A stretch of DNA of 64,000 nt from Squalus acanthias. Its lineage: Eukaryota. The notes under the pieces are model-generated. The model searched no databases and had not been told where the DNA came from. It saw only the letters and a program-made list of their open reading frames with translations. Where the stretch lies: positions 87,236,001 through 87,300,000 of the forward strand of contig CM059432.1 in the NCBI GenBank assembly GCA_030390025.1, written 5' to 3'. Numbering within the stretch: position 1 is the first letter of the stretch; each line of letters begins with the position of its first letter. Below, piece after piece: positions 12,640-26,600 of this stretch. The translations under genes were made by a program, and so were the position numbers.

Positions 12640-13600
12640 TCGACAAACCAGTGAGGGCGCTGGAGAACATTATACCTAGTTGCCCAACAGGTCGTAGACC
12701 CACCTGCATGAAGGCTGGAAAAGCCGGCGCAGTGTGCTGCAGATAGGCCGTAATGACTTCACACTACATTGCCTAGCTACTGGTAGAGTGTTAGGCATGT
12801 ATAATATTTATACCAAATTCCTAAAATCTGTTGTAGGTGTGACGAGAATGGTGAACAGTGCGAAAAACCATCAGCATGCCTCAGAAGTGTCCTTCTGAGG
12901 CACAGTGGATGCCAGCTTCAGTGTGCACACAAGCCTTCATGGACATGTGGAGAAGGGTGCTTTGGCCTTTCTTAATTTTCTTCAATGACAACAAAGTCCC
13001 AGTGCAGATTAAGCTTGTGGCAGATGTGTCCAAACCGTTCTCCTTCATAGTACATATCTTAGGCAGGCAACATAACATAACTCTGTACTATGTGCGATAT
13101 ACAGGACGAAACTGTGAGATGAATTGTGGCAAAAAGGGGAAATGGCTGCAGGAAAGGAGAATTCCAGCCAATACCGAGTATGCCGGAGGGTGAGTCAGCC
13201 TCACAATGGTCACGTCTCTCTGCCAAAGTCCCTCACAAGAGGACCTAGATTGAAAGGTTGGTGATTAATTTTGATGCCTAGATCATCAACGTTACTGGCA
13301 CTTTGCAAGATGTCCTGGGTAGGTCCTGTTACGATGCCGAAGCAGACATCCATTGTATAGCTGACGAGGAAACTCAGATTTGGGACAACAGCTGCTGGAA
13401 GGCATTATCTAGAGGCTGGGCAGAGGTGCCTTCCATGATGGGGTTGCAGATAAGAATGCAACTGCAGCTAAAGCTCCGCACCAACCACTGGTGAAATCAC
13501 CATTCAATCGGGTATGGTTTGCGTCCATGCAGTGCTCAAGAAAATGGTAACAATACTCACAAATCTTAGGACAAGAGGCGAGAGAACTACCAGTGAGCCA
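12640..13600 (-). mobile_element. Possible highly decayed RTE-like LINE remnant
   Basis: A minus-strand peptide (SCPKI...H.M.A....NG..T) resembles the RTE RT segment GCPxKF...LH..M.A.V..NG. Very degenerate and boundaries approximate. Confidence 0.3.
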
Positions 13601-14743
13601 CGGCTGATATCTTTGGGCTTTCTTCCCTCTGGAATACCGTGCGGGTCCCAACACTACCACCTTTAGAGAGGCACTGTTTCCTGGGGCCGGGAACTTGCTG
13701 CAAACCTAGTGAAATTCCAGGGAGAAAGTGGCTAAATCCCCGTCTTCATTTACACGCAGCAGGGCAGCCTCAGGTACGACTGACAATTGTGATGGCCATT
13801 TTTTTGTGACAGTGTTTAGTGGAAGGGCTTCCCCGCCCCATTGTCCTTTACATATCTCTTCAGTACAACTCAAAGTCAGGCAGATTTTGGCAGGAAAAGC
13901 CAGGCCTTAAATCTTTCAACATCATTTGAATAACGTTTCATTACTTCCCAGAATTTAGCAAGAAGAAGAAACTGCTTAGGTTTGTGACTTAGCTGTGATC
14001 TAGCTATAGCAAGGCTATGTAATCTGATCAATTACATATCGCACTACAGCACTGAACCACTTTGAGAAAACAGCTACAGGGAATTGTTTCATATTCATTG
14101 ATGATGCTTCTGAGAGAGGTATGTGAATTTTAGGATTTGTTCGTTAATTTACTCTGTGCAAAAATATAGCCATTCTTTGAAACAGATAGTTCTTATGGGT
14201 GCCAAGTATACAAATTGTAAGTTCTATAAGTAAAAAGCTGGACGATGGTAGTCATTAGTTTGCTTGGTTGCATCAAAGTACCTTAAAGCAACATCATCTA
14301 CACTCATTAGAGCATATTAATAACAATGCATGTAATCCGCATAACATTTAAAATATTACATGGTGATGAATAACTCAGTATCAATATTTTGTTTTTGCTC
14401 ATTTGAGTATGTGACACATGCAAGAATTCATCACTATGCTCAAGAGTCTCCATAATCAAGTTACTTAGAAATCCACACAGGCAGAGATTTGTTGTGAAGT
14501 GCACAACTCTCTCCCTGTTGGGACACGCTGCACTTACCTACGTCAGAGAGCACAGGTCGGCAAGATCCAAGGCTTGGAAACTCTTAAGTGTGTGCAGGGA
14601 TACTGTTGGAGTTTAACTAATTAAACCTGTGCAATTCGCCAACACAGGTAAACATCCTGCCGCTTGCCAATACCACCCAACCCAGTAGGGCATTGGTTTG
14701 CAGGGTTATATGGGAAGAACCTTCCAAAGGCAGGTCAACTCCA

Positions 14744-16578
14744 GGACCCAGAAATTCATGAACGCCACAAAAGCTGCCGGTGCCACCGCGGGCCAAAAAT
14801 GATGGCACTGGCAGGACCGAAATATTGGTGCTGGGGCCTAATTAACATTAGCCCAGCGCTTATCTCACTGTGCAACGCCGTCGTGGTGACGTTCGTCCCG
14901 GCAGGAGGCCCCAATGTAGCGTGGCCGCAGCGTCAGTGCAGCTAGAACAGCCTGCTCTGAAAGTGAGGCTGTCATTTCAGAAAGCAGTGTCGGTTTCTTA
15001 GGGGACCTGCCTTCTGAAATGAAAAAAATAAGTCATGTAAAAATATGCAGTTAGGCCCTTACAGCTCAACTGCCTTCTGAAAAAAAAAATAACATTAAAA
15101 AGAATTCCCAAACGGGAGTCTTCAGCTCTTAAAGCTGAATTCCCTTCCGCACCCAAGAAAAATGGTAAAAATGCTTCAGCACCAACACAAATGGCTCAGA
15201 AAGCGAGGCAAGGGGCACCCAGGGTCTCGCATGCAGCACTCCAGGGTTGTGCAGGGGTCAACACTGCAAGAGAGGTTCTCTACCCACAGGGGCCAGGAGG
15301 CCCTCCAGAAAGAACAATGTGGGACCAGATCACCAAGGCCGTCACTGCCAGCAGGGTCGCCCACACCACCAGGCTCCAGTGCCCAAAGAAGTTCCATGAC
15401 CTCAGACCACTGGTCAAGGTCAGTGAATGCATCTTCAAAAGTCGTCTCCTACCAACTGTACCACTAGCCTCACACACTTCTCAATGCACGATACCCCACC
15501 CCCAATCATTCACCTACCAACCACGAGGTACATCTCACATTCCTAGCTTCACCTCACCCCCTTGGAAGAGACGGTGCAGGCCATTCTTGGCATGGGCATG
15601 GCTGAGACTTGGTCAGTGGTGGGGCTGAAAAGATACAAGATGCTGGTATCCTCATATGCTATCCTCCTTCTGGCATGCACCTCTTGCTTTCCCACCCTCC
15701 CCTCACCACAACTCACCCTTGTGCCTTCCTCATTTCACACACCCGAGAAATGCAGCCTGCCCAGCCAGTGGTTGACCAAGAAGAGGGAGAGGAGAGTGAA
15801 GAAGAAGAAACACCGTCACTCGATTTCACACTCCCAGCCACCAGCTCCTCAAGGTCGACCAACAAGGCCATTTGCAGTGTCCCCACTGAAAGTCAGCTGC
15901 CTTCCACCAGCCATGCTGCAGCCACTAGGGTAGTACTGCGTGACATCAGTAGGATAGGCAAAGGCACACACAAGACAGTCACTAAGAGAATGTATAAGGG
16001 TGAGGAGTTGATTTCTTGATGTCATATTGGATGGATAGATGTATAAAGTTGGATTGGAAAGTTTTTTTTATGGTGGTTTTTATTTCAGCATTGCGACCAA
16101 GAGGATGCTGTGATGGTCAGTAACAGAGGGAAGGTAAGGTGTGGGACTAATGTTGAAAGGGGAATTGGGGTTGTGGTCACTGGTACCGCAGGTGGATGAT
16201 TCCATCCCGGATATCCTGGCCAGAAAGGGGCTGTCTGGTTTGCATCCTTCCTTCTGCTTCCTCCTCTTCCCTCTGCGAGCGGATGCTGTAAATCTGAAAT
16301 AAAAGCATAAAATGCTGGAAATACTCAGCAGGTCAGGCAGCATCTCGATCAGAGACGTGAACTGTTTCTCTCTCCACAGATGTTGCCTGACCTGCTGAGT
16401 ATTTCTAGCATTTTTTGTCTTCTCAGAGGCCTTCCTTTACCATCCGAGGCCTTGCAAGCGTCCAGCTGCACTTCCTGCACTTAAAAAAAACTTTTAACAT
16501 GTATTGCACCAAGCCACTACTTCAATAAAATAAAAAAAATCCAGTCCAAAAGCTTAAATGCAAACTTACCTGAAAGAT
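14744..16578 (+). mobile_element. Non-autonomous Harbinger derivative carrying a decayed Myb/SANT-like gene, copy 1 (right end missing)
   Basis: Starts ggacccagaaatt. ORF MAQKARQGAPRVSHAAL...REVLYPQG...WDQITKAV...CPKKFHDL is a Myb/SANT-like (MSANTD-type) domain. Colinear with 36065-37950. Confidence 0.75.
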
Positions 16579-18480
16579 TTTGAAGTGCGATATTAACATA
16601 AAATATTGCCCAGCAGAATTTCCAGGCTTTTATCTGCGGTAACACAACCTGCTATGTGACAAAACTTCAAGGAGCAGGGCCTGCACAAGCATTGCTGAGG
16701 ATCGGTACAGCCAGCAGTTGATGGAATGGGCCACAGCTGGAAAAAGGCCAACAGATGAGATGGTGGAATTGAACAAGATGATCTCAATGGAATGGTGACA
16801 TCAGAAAGTCAACGCAGGAGCTGGCAGGGAGGAGAGCACAATGGCAAGGTCTTGTGATGCCTATGACCAACTTGGATCTGATACTTGACTGACGGGCCGA
16901 CAACATTTGACATGAAAGAAATAGCAGCCGATACAACCAGCCATCTATTAAAATAGCCAGCCATATATTAAAACAATCACAGTCTCCATTTCTAAACAAG
17001 TTCAATTATTATTACTGAGCTGCTGAAACTCAGGCATACAAGTCATCATTAGTAGAACTACCTGAGCAACAGAAGGGATGACTCTTATTAAACTGGGCCA
17101 TACTTCTACTAACTGGCACATAGCATTTCGATTTGTAGGAAGCTTGGATTAAGAGAGCAACAAGACAGAAAGGGAAAAAAATGTAACATTTAAAATGACA
17201 TTTATAAAATCTTCTAAAACAATTCACAACCTAAAGGAATGAGGCTCCACACTGAAAATAGTTAATTTTCAGATCCATAGAGCTTGATTGGCAGCATTAA
17301 CAATTATCACATCGTTAAAAGGGTACTTGCACTTGTAATTACTAGCCTTAAATACCGGTGGCGGGTTTACTACATATCTACCATGCAAATACACCAACTT
17401 CGCGCCATTAAATGCATTTTAATGGCGAGATGCCATTTTCGCAAAGCTAATGACGGAGCAGCGCAATTCGGACAGCAACTTTTGGATATTTGAGTTTAAC
17501 CGCGCTTCTACCCCTCGCCTGAAGTTGCTGTACCATTTATGCAAAAACAGAGAGTGCAATTAGCCTTGTCACTACTTTGACAGCAAAATCTGTCCCTATG
17601 TAGATCATCTGTATGATCAGAGTGGTGGTACAGCACCTGTACATCTCAGCCTAATGTAATTTAATTTTTGTGTCTTGCAGGCTATGAGGTGTTGTCATAA
17701 CTGAAATCCACTGGATATAATAAGGGTAAAACTGATGTCTATCTTTTTTTAACCCAAAATAAAAGCAAGTTTAAAAAACTTTACATAAAACATTGGACAT
17801 TAATATTTAGTGGCAGTAAATAGTACTGCATAAAGTATCAATGCTTCATGGATATTAGAAATGAATTGCTAACTTAATTGTGAATCATCTGTAGAATATT
17901 GGCAGGGAATACCTCATATTGGCAATATGTTTTCAATCATATCTAACTATGACAATACTAGCAACAGAACAGGGTTACCTTGGATTTTTAATGATACACT
18001 CTGCAGAGTCTACAGATAACCTTAAATGTTCATTTTGGTTTTGCTAATTTTAGAAGTATGCTAGTTGAAGTTATAAAGAGCTATAATCAGCATGCACTAG
18101 ATGGCATAGCTGCTACTTAAAATGCCAAAATTCCTGTTCTACCAGTCTGCAGTACCTCCGCACTGAAAGACAGCAAGTTAACAGCGTGCGTACCATTTTC
18201 AACTGATTATATGTACAATCACATGTGGATTTGAAGACAGGATTCATAGAATTTACATCATAGAAACAGACCATTCAGCCCAACTGGTCCATGCCGGTGT
18301 CTATGTGCCAAATAAGCCTCCTCCCACCCTACTTCATCTAACTATCAACATATCCTTCTATTCCTTTACCAATTTTGATAAGTAATGGCTTTATCATTAA
18401 CAGAAATTTAAATCTTTGTAAATGAAAAATTTACTGTCCCTTCTTTACTTCAGTTAGAGTAACAACATACTGCTATATAT

Positions 18481-19350
18481 TTTTTTATTCGCTTATGGGA
18501 TCTGGGCGTTGCTGGCAAGACCAGCATTTATTGCCCATCCCTAGTTGCCCTCGAGAAGGTGGTGGTGAACCGCCTTCTTGAACCGCCTTCTTGAACCGCT
18601 GCAGTCCGTGTGGTGATGGTACTCCCACAGTGCTGTTAGGTAGGGAGTTCCAGGATTTTGACCCAGTGACGATGAAGGATCGGCAATATACTTCTAAGTC
18701 AGGATAGTGTGTGACTTGGAGGGGAACTTGGAGGTGGTGGTGTTCCCATGCGCCTGCTGCCCTTGTCCTTCTAGGTGGAAGAGGTCGCGGGTTTGGGAGG
18801 TGCTGTTGAAGAAGCCTTGGCGAGTTGCTGCAGTGCATCTTGTAGATGGTACACACTGCAGCCACAGTACGCCGGTGGTGGAGAGAGTGAATGTTTAAGG
18901 TGGTGGATGGGGTGCCAATCAAACGGGATGCTTTGTCCTGGATGGTGTCGAGCTTCTTGAGTGTTGTTGGAGCTGCAGTCATCCAGGCAAGTGGAGAGTA
19001 TTCCATCACACTTCTTACTTGTAGATGGTGGAAAGGCTTTGGGGAGTCAGGAGGTGAGACACTCACCGCAGAATACCCAGCCTCTGACCTGCTATTGTAG
19101 CCACAGTATTTATGTGGCTGGTCCAGTTAAGTTTCTGGTCAATGGTGACCCCCAGGATGTTGATGGTGGGTGATTCGGCTTTGGTAATGCCGTTGAATGT
19201 CAATGGGAGGTGGTTAGACTCTCGTTTGTTGGAGATAGTCATTGCCTGGCAATTCAGTGGCGCGAATGTTACCTGCCACTTATCAGCTCAAGCCTGAACG
19301 TCGTCCAGGTCTTGTTGCATGCGGGCATGGGAGGCTTCATTATCTGAGCG
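18481..19350 (-). mobile_element. 5'-truncated CR1-group LINE (RT C-terminus plus 3' tail)
   Basis: ORF QVRSVMEYSPLAW...LDTIQDKASRLIG...SLHHRRTVAAVCTIYK. The tail gggatgggcaataaatgctgg ends in an A-rich terminus. Confidence 0.85.
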
Positions 19351-21707
19351 GCATTATATGAACGGATGCAGTTTTCCTTCCAAGCAAATCTCTTAATATA
19401 TGAATCAGATATTCTGCAGTCATCTATGTGATTATATAATGTATACTGAAAATCTGATTTAAGAGTTGATCATTCCTAAGTGATTAAGAATTAATTACTA
19501 TATATGACCTCTGTTACCAAGATATTATCCATGTTAAAATTAGATCATGGCTATCACCACTGAACAGGAAACTGAGTTAGTGATACTTAATCCTAATAAT
19601 TGGTTTCCTCTAAAAAAGTATACTGATATTTTGCAGAGGGGAAAAAAGTGAATTTTGACAAAAGAAATTCTAATGCTTGTTAATTTTGACTGGTAAATTA
19701 GATCTGCAATCCTATTTGGTGAGCTATGAGTTTAAGAATAACAAGCCTAGATCTACAGGTGCAGTCATCTCTTTCATATGTGTAGCATAACATTGCAGAT
19801 TTAGTTAACACATATCCCAGTGCAATGTTTTATGACTTTATTACTCTGGATCTCCCATCTACCCAAGGTAGTAGTGTCGGTAGCTGCTGGCATAGCTGCA
19901 TAATATTAAAAAAAACTAAATCTATCTGAACATGTGTACTGACATTTTTCTAGTAAAGCCAATCCCAGACACCACTGAAATAAAGGGAAGACTGTCTTGT
20001 CCAATGTTTAGTTACATTCGGGTTCACATTTTTTGCCGCTGTAAGATATTTAGTTTAAAACAACAAATGACCTTTGGGTAATCCTTTTGGTTCATACAGG
20101 CCCTTTCCTGCATTTCCTTCACTCTGTCTGAATGCCCACATTGCACTTCTTTTCCACTCGTCACCCAAGAGCACTGTAGTCACGGTGATCAGCACACCAG
20201 CTATAATAGCAGTCCCAAACCAGCACCATTTAGTCTGTTCACAATGTAGCAGTCTGCTCTTGACTACTACCAAGCAATTACAGTTTTAATCTTTTTGTTT
20301 TGTGCCCTTTGATGTATAATGAGGCTTAAACACTGGAAGCTCATTTGGGGAATTAGTTCTTCATGCAAATGAAAATTCAACCCAGGAGAACATTTTTATA
20401 ATGTTTCCATTATTGATCTTCATACACTCTCAGTCTACATCTTTTTTCGTGGAAATGTGCTCGTGTTCACCTTATCCCTAAGAAAGGTGATCCCTCTTAC
20501 CTTTCTATCACCTTCTGCTCTTACATGTGCCCTTCTCTGCAGTTATAGAAATTCACATTACCCACAATTACCCTCAAATTATCCATCACCATGAAATTCT
20601 GGCCTGATACCCGATCGCCAGTATGATTTTTGCCATGGCCATTCTAGTGATGATCTTGTTGCAGATGTTCTGCATCTCTGAAACTCTGCTCTTGAGAAAT
20701 TTCTTTGGACATTTCTAAAGCCTTTTAAAGGTCTGGCACTCTGCACTTCTAAACAACTTTCCATCATTTGGCCTCTACCATAGTTATGTTCATGGCTATC
20801 TAGTTTCCTCACAAATTGCTTTATTTGTGCTGCAATCGAGAGCTCATCCTCTGGCTCTTTTGCCATTAACGCAGGGACCTGCATGGCTCTGTCCTCTCTA
20901 CCACTCAGGTCCCTCTTCATATGACTGCGTCCATTCATAATCCAACCCTATCTTTTGGTATCCTGAAGATTCCACTTTAGATTCATCAACTCCCTTCAGA
21001 TTGCATACTCTCAGTAGTCAGTCACAGAATCTTAGTCATTCGACCCATCGTGCCTGTGCCAGCTCTTTCAAAAACACCAGTCCACTTCCAGTGAAATGAT
21101 TCAATTATTACATCCTGGCCTCTACAATGTGGATTGAAACTCTTGTTTTTTTCTGTTCTTCAAAGATAGTTTGTTTTTGTTTCTCACAAGTCTAACCAAT
21201 AGTTGTTACCGGTTACCTTTGATGGCTCCACCCTTAGTCCTTCTTAATTTATCAACGTTCTTGGCCTCTATATTGCCTCTGACCTCAAGTGGAACTTGCA
21301 TCGCTCCTCCATTTCTCAATCTGCTTCCAAGAAGCTCACATTTCTGCCTGCTGTCTAAATTTTCACCGTGCTGAAATGCAGATTTATTAAAGCCTGCTAC
21401 TCTATCTCAGTCTTTCACAAGACCTCAAAACTATGGAATTCTTTTATACCAAACAAGACCCCAATAACTGAAGATGTCCAAGGCAATGAAAGATGATCTA
21501 CCACTGTTCCATGAGCGGAGAAACAGAGGATAAAAATAACACTATCTCACCGATGATACAGCTTTGCTGAAAACCATGCATGTGAAGGTGCAAGTGTTGG
21601 CTGCCGTACATATTGCAGGTACTTTAATTTGTTCAATATGCAAGTGATCTGTGATTTCCAGAAAATAATCCTGTTGATGAATGTGCAATACCCACTATCA
21701 ATATATT

Positions 21708-22490
21708 GGGCTGGATTTTGTCTTGGGGTCGGGTTGGGGTCGTGTAATCTGCATTTCGTGTTTCCCCCCCCGACTCCAGATTAATGTGGATGCCTGATGC
21801 AATTTTCACTTAATTGGGCAATTGAGTTGGAGCATGTGGGAACCCATGAACTAATTAGTGTTTTCAGTCTGAAAGTCGCCTCTGATGATGTCATCATTGC
21901 TGACTGCCTAGTCTCAGAGACTGTTGGTGAGAGAGGACCTGCCTGGCTTTTGATGTGAGTGGACCTGGATGCAAAAATTGGTGGTGGTAGAGAGAGAGAT
22001 AGAGAGAGAGAGGTAGATAGAGATAGAGAGAGAGAAAAAGAGAGAGAGAGAGAGATTTTTTGCCAAGCAAGTCCTCCCAGGCAGTCTCTGAAGACATTCA
22101 ATGCAGCAGCATCAGACCTAATACTACTACTACCTTCATCACATCTCCGTTGTAATAGTGGACCTGCAGCCGATAGTCAGCTATCCACTTGTGCTCCTGC
22201 CAGGTTTCACTGGAGTGTTTCACACCAGGCGTGCTTCACGTCAGAAGAGGGTTAAACTAGCTACAGCATTTCAAAATGGCATTACAGAGCCAATTTAGAG
22301 CTTGTTAAGGGCTTTAATGGCCTCTCCCGCCTCTTGAAGGCGGGACGGAGTCAGGAACCCCGCGACTGATTATGTCAAAATTGCGTGGAGGCGGGATGGA
22401 GTCAGGATGGGGTCGGAAACCCCGACCCCGCAAATTTAACCCCCCACACGCCTCCAAACCCGACTCCATGGGTCATTCAAAATCCAGCCC
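21708..22490. mobile_element. MITE with perfect 13-bp TIRs and an internal (AG)n tract
   Basis: GGGCTGGATTTTG ... CAAAATCCAGCCC, flanks ATT / ATA. Subterminal ggggtcgg / ccgacccc repeats and an AG-rich microsatellite at 21989-22053. Confidence 0.75.
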
Positions 22491-23403
22491 ATAGCTCCTT
22501 CATCTTTAGCTAGTTACATCCGTTTGGTTTTTTGGACTGGGTAACCGACTACAAGACTGGCTTTTGGGGTACCACAACAGAAACAGCAGGAGAGCACAGG
22601 TACAACTGGGTACACAAAACAGAGCAATCGATTACACAGGAACTTTCAATGTTCCCAAACAGTAATTTCAGTGCCTGTACCACTTAGAATGAAACAACAG
22701 AGTTATTTGTGCTGTGCTGCATGCTACATAACTTCACTATTCAGAAGGGCACCCCTCCAGAAATGCCCCAAGCCATGGCTATGGATGACCATAGACTTCA
22801 ACAGACTATGCCAACGGAGAATGAGTCAGCAGTGGCATAAAGATTTGCACACTTTTTATTCAGGCCCATTTAAATTAAAGAAATTTGCTGTACCAATATG
22901 ACTAGTCATCATTGCCTATTGTACAATATCAAAAGCCATCATCAAACTAACGCTGAAAGATCGATATATTCTGTGGCATCAGAAAAGGCCATTGGTTTTC
23001 TGAAATCCTACCTACTTACAGCCCTATTAATTTTATGTCAGAACAAATACACTTACAATTCTACAACCATATCAGTGAAACACATTCTGTGATGTAAAGT
23101 GATTTATTTCTTCAAAATAATGGCGCTATTTTGTTTGTTTAATTGTTTTTATCTTCTAGGGCCACTTCTTCTCATGCAGTTTAGGCTTTCTGTTCATGGC
23201 CCTTGTGATGGCAGAAGTATTGGAGAGCAAGTATCAGATCCAACTGGAGTAGTGCGATTTGGATTTTGGAGATGAAGAAGAGATCAGCAGCACTCTCTGA
23301 TGTTGGAAGTATCAGAGTGAGAATACTCAAACTATCACTATGAGAGCTAACTTTCTTCAAGTAAGACTTCAAGGGAATGGTAGGATAGTGGTAATGTTAC
23401 TGG

Positions 23404-23635
23404 TGTTGAGGCTGCCGCGAAACACGAATTAAGACTGAATCCATGTGTGGAAAACAAAGGCTTTTTAATACAACTGCATGGTCCAAAATGGCTGAAACTA
23501 ACTGCTCCCAGAATTCTCTGGAAAAACCCTGAGGCCCCGCCAACTCCTTTTCTCCTGCCTTAAAGGCAAGGTGCCCGATATTTTGTCCACGGACGGAAAA
23601 GTGGATAATGCCCGTTTAGGTGGCGATCCGCTACA
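23404..23635 (-). repeat. 3' LTR of the Gypsy element
   Basis: tgttgaggctgccgcg...gatccgctaca is a direct repeat of 27490-27721. Confidence 0.95.
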
Positions 23636-23650
23636 CAGCTCCCCCCAGAA
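23636..23650 (-). promoter_or_regulatory. Polypurine tract (PPT)
   Basis: Minus strand ttctGGGGGGAGctg immediately precedes the 3' LTR. Confidence 0.75.
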
Positions 23651-23655
23651 TCCGC

Positions 23656-26600
23656 TTAGGAGGTGTGTACAAGACGGTGCGGCGGTCTGATGGGCCGGCT
23701 GCAGCGGCTCTTGTAGGACGCCGGTGGACGTGGAACGGCCGGGCGTGGAGCAGCCGGGTGAACCGGCTTGAGGGAAGGTCGGCCGCATGGTGGTGGACGA
23801 GCTACAGGGACCTGCTCACCAGGCTCCGAGTGTGCTGGCTTGAGTCGGTCAACCGACACTTTTTCGGTCCTGTCGCCCACTTGCAGGGTGAAAAATTTGT
23901 CCCCAGCCTGTAGCACCTTGTAGGGCCCGTCGTACGGGGGTTGAAGGGGTCCGCGGTGGGCGTCGTGCCGGATGAAAACGAACCGTGCCTGGTGCAGGCT
24001 TAGTGGGATGTGTGAGGTGGATTCGCCGTGTCGGGCAATGGGCACCGGGGCGAACTGCAGCGCCGGTGAGGCGAAGTCGTGGCGTTGCTGGTCGGCTGAC
24101 CAGGGTGTCGTGGCGGTGGGCAGGAACTCGCCGGGTACGCGCAGCGGCTGACCGTACACGAGCTCTGCTGCCGATGCGTGGAGGTCTTCTTTAACCGCGG
24201 TGCGCAGGCCGAGGAGGACCCACGGAAGTCGGTCGGTCCAGGCGCCGTCCTGGAGGTTGGCTCGAAGAGATGCCTTCAAGGATCTGTGGAACCGCTCACA
24301 CTGTCCGTTGGCTTGGGGGTGGTACGCTGTGGTGCGGTGAATGGTCACCCCGAGATTGCGTGCGACGGCGGTCCAGAGTTCAGAGGTAAATTGCGGACCT
24401 CTGTCCAACGTCATGTCGGAGGGGACGCCGAACCGTGCGACCCAGGTGCTGACGAAGGCTCTGGTGATGTTGGTGGTGGTGGTAGAGGTCAGTGGAATTG
24501 CCTCGGGCCAGCGCGTGGTGCGGTCAACGATCGTCAGCAAGTGCATGTGGCCTTGCGATGGCGGCAGGGGCCCGACAATGTCCACGTGGATGTGGTCGAA
24601 TCTCCGCGAGGGGACAGTAAACTCCTCGAGGGGTGCTTTCGTGTGTTGCTGTACCTTGGCCTGTTGGCAGGCTAGGCAGGAGTTCGCCCAAGTACGCACA
24701 TCCTTGCGAAGGCCGCGCCAGACAAAGCAGTTGGCTACCAATTTGATGGATGCGCGGGCGCCGGGGTGGGAGAGGTTGTGGAGAATCTCGAATACCCGGC
24801 GGCGCCAGGACGCTGGGCCGAGGTTGACATAGGGATATGTCGCACTTGACCGTGACTGCGGTCGGGCCACAGGCGACGTCGGCCAGGCGTAGCCCTGGTA
24901 GGTTGGTAGGTGCGGAGAGCAGATCAGGGTCGGTGATCTGGTCTGCTGCGAGTTGAGCGTAGTCGACTGCCAGGTGTGCGGCGTGGATGGCGGGGCGGGA
25001 GAGGCAGTCGGCTATGACATTGTCTCGGCCGGAGACGTGTTGGATGTCCGTGGTGAACTCGGACACTGCTGCGAGCTGGCGCTGCTGCCTGGCGGACCAG
25101 GGGGTCGATTGTCTTTGCCATTGCGAATGTCAGGGGCTTGTGGTCGACAAACGCAGTGAAGGGGCGGCCCTCAAGCAAAATCCAAAAATGGCGGACCGCC
25201 AGAAACAGCGCGAGGAGCTCGCGGTCGAAGGTGCTGTACTTGACCTCCGGGGGGCGTAGTTGGCGGCTGAAGAAGGCAAGTGGTTGCCAGGCGCCGTTGA
25301 CCCACTGCTCATACATGGCGCCGACCGCGTGGTCGGAGGCGTCCGTGGTGAGCGCTACCCAGGCATTGGGCCGTGGGTGCGCGAGCAGGGTGGCGTTGGC
25401 GAGCGCGGTCTTGGTGGAGTCAAAGGCGGCGAACGCGTCTGCCGTCCATTCGACCACCATCTTGCCGCTCCTGCCCCGGAGGGCTTCATACAGGGGCCTC
25501 ATGAGGGACGCCGCTTTGGGGATGAAGCGGTTATAGAAATTCACCATCCCGAGGAACTCCTGGAGGCCTTTGATGGTGGTGGGGCGGGGAAATTGGTGGA
25601 CGGCCTGCACCTTGGTGGGCAGGGGAATGGCCCCAGCATGGGTGATGTGGTGGCCGAGGAAGTCGATCTTGTCCAGGCCGAACTGGCATTTGGCTGGGCT
25701 GAGGATGAGCCCGTGGTCGCTGAGGCGCCTGAACAGGATGCGAAGGTGTTCCTGCTTGGAGGAACTGGCTACCAGGATGTCGTCCAGGTAGACGAACAGG
25801 AACTTCAGGTCCCGAAGGACCGAGTCCATGAGCCGTTGGAATACATGGGCCGCGTTTTTGAGGCTGAAGGGCATCCGCAGGAACTCGAACAGGCTAAGGG
25901 GGTGATTACGGCCGTCTTGGGGACGTCCGCGGGGTGGACGGGGACTTGGTGGTAGCCGCGCACCAGGTCGACCTTGGAAAAGACTGAGCGGCCGGCCAGT
26001 CTAGCCGAGAAGTCCTGAATGTGCGGCACGGGGTACCGATCAGGGGTGGTGGCGTCGTTGAGGCGGCGGTAATCCCCGCAGGGGTGCCAACCTCCACCTG
26101 GTTTGGGGGCGATGTGGAGTGGGGAGGCCCAGGGACTGTTGGAGCGGCGGATGATGGCGAGCTGTTCCATGGTGGCAATCTCGGTCCGCGCGATCTCCAG
26201 TTTGGCCGGGTCCAGCCTGCGGGCGTGGGCGTACACTGGGGGGCCTGTGGTGGGGATGAAGTGTTCCACCCCGTGTTTGGCGGCCTCCATGGAGAAGGTC
26301 GGATTGGTAAGGGCTGTGATTTCGGCCAGGAGTGCCGAGTAGTCATCCGTGGCCCGGGCGTGGCACTGTGACGCCATGTCGGCGGGTTGACGGGGGGCCA
26401 TGGCGCCCAGGATGGGGGACATGGTGTTCATGTCCACGAGGCGGTGACGAGGGATGTCTACCAGTAGGCCGTGGGCGCACAGGATATCTGCGCCGATGAG
26501 AGGGAGAGCACCTTGGCAGTGATGAACTCCCATCGGTAGCAGCAACCAGCGAGGTCGAGGGTGACTGTCCGGGTGCCATACGTCCGGATTTCCGAGCAGT

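Noticed and set aside
4820..18600. Short tandem duplications (16 bp near 4820, 13 bp near 18568)
   Set aside because: Ordinary slippage events inside dead LINE copies.
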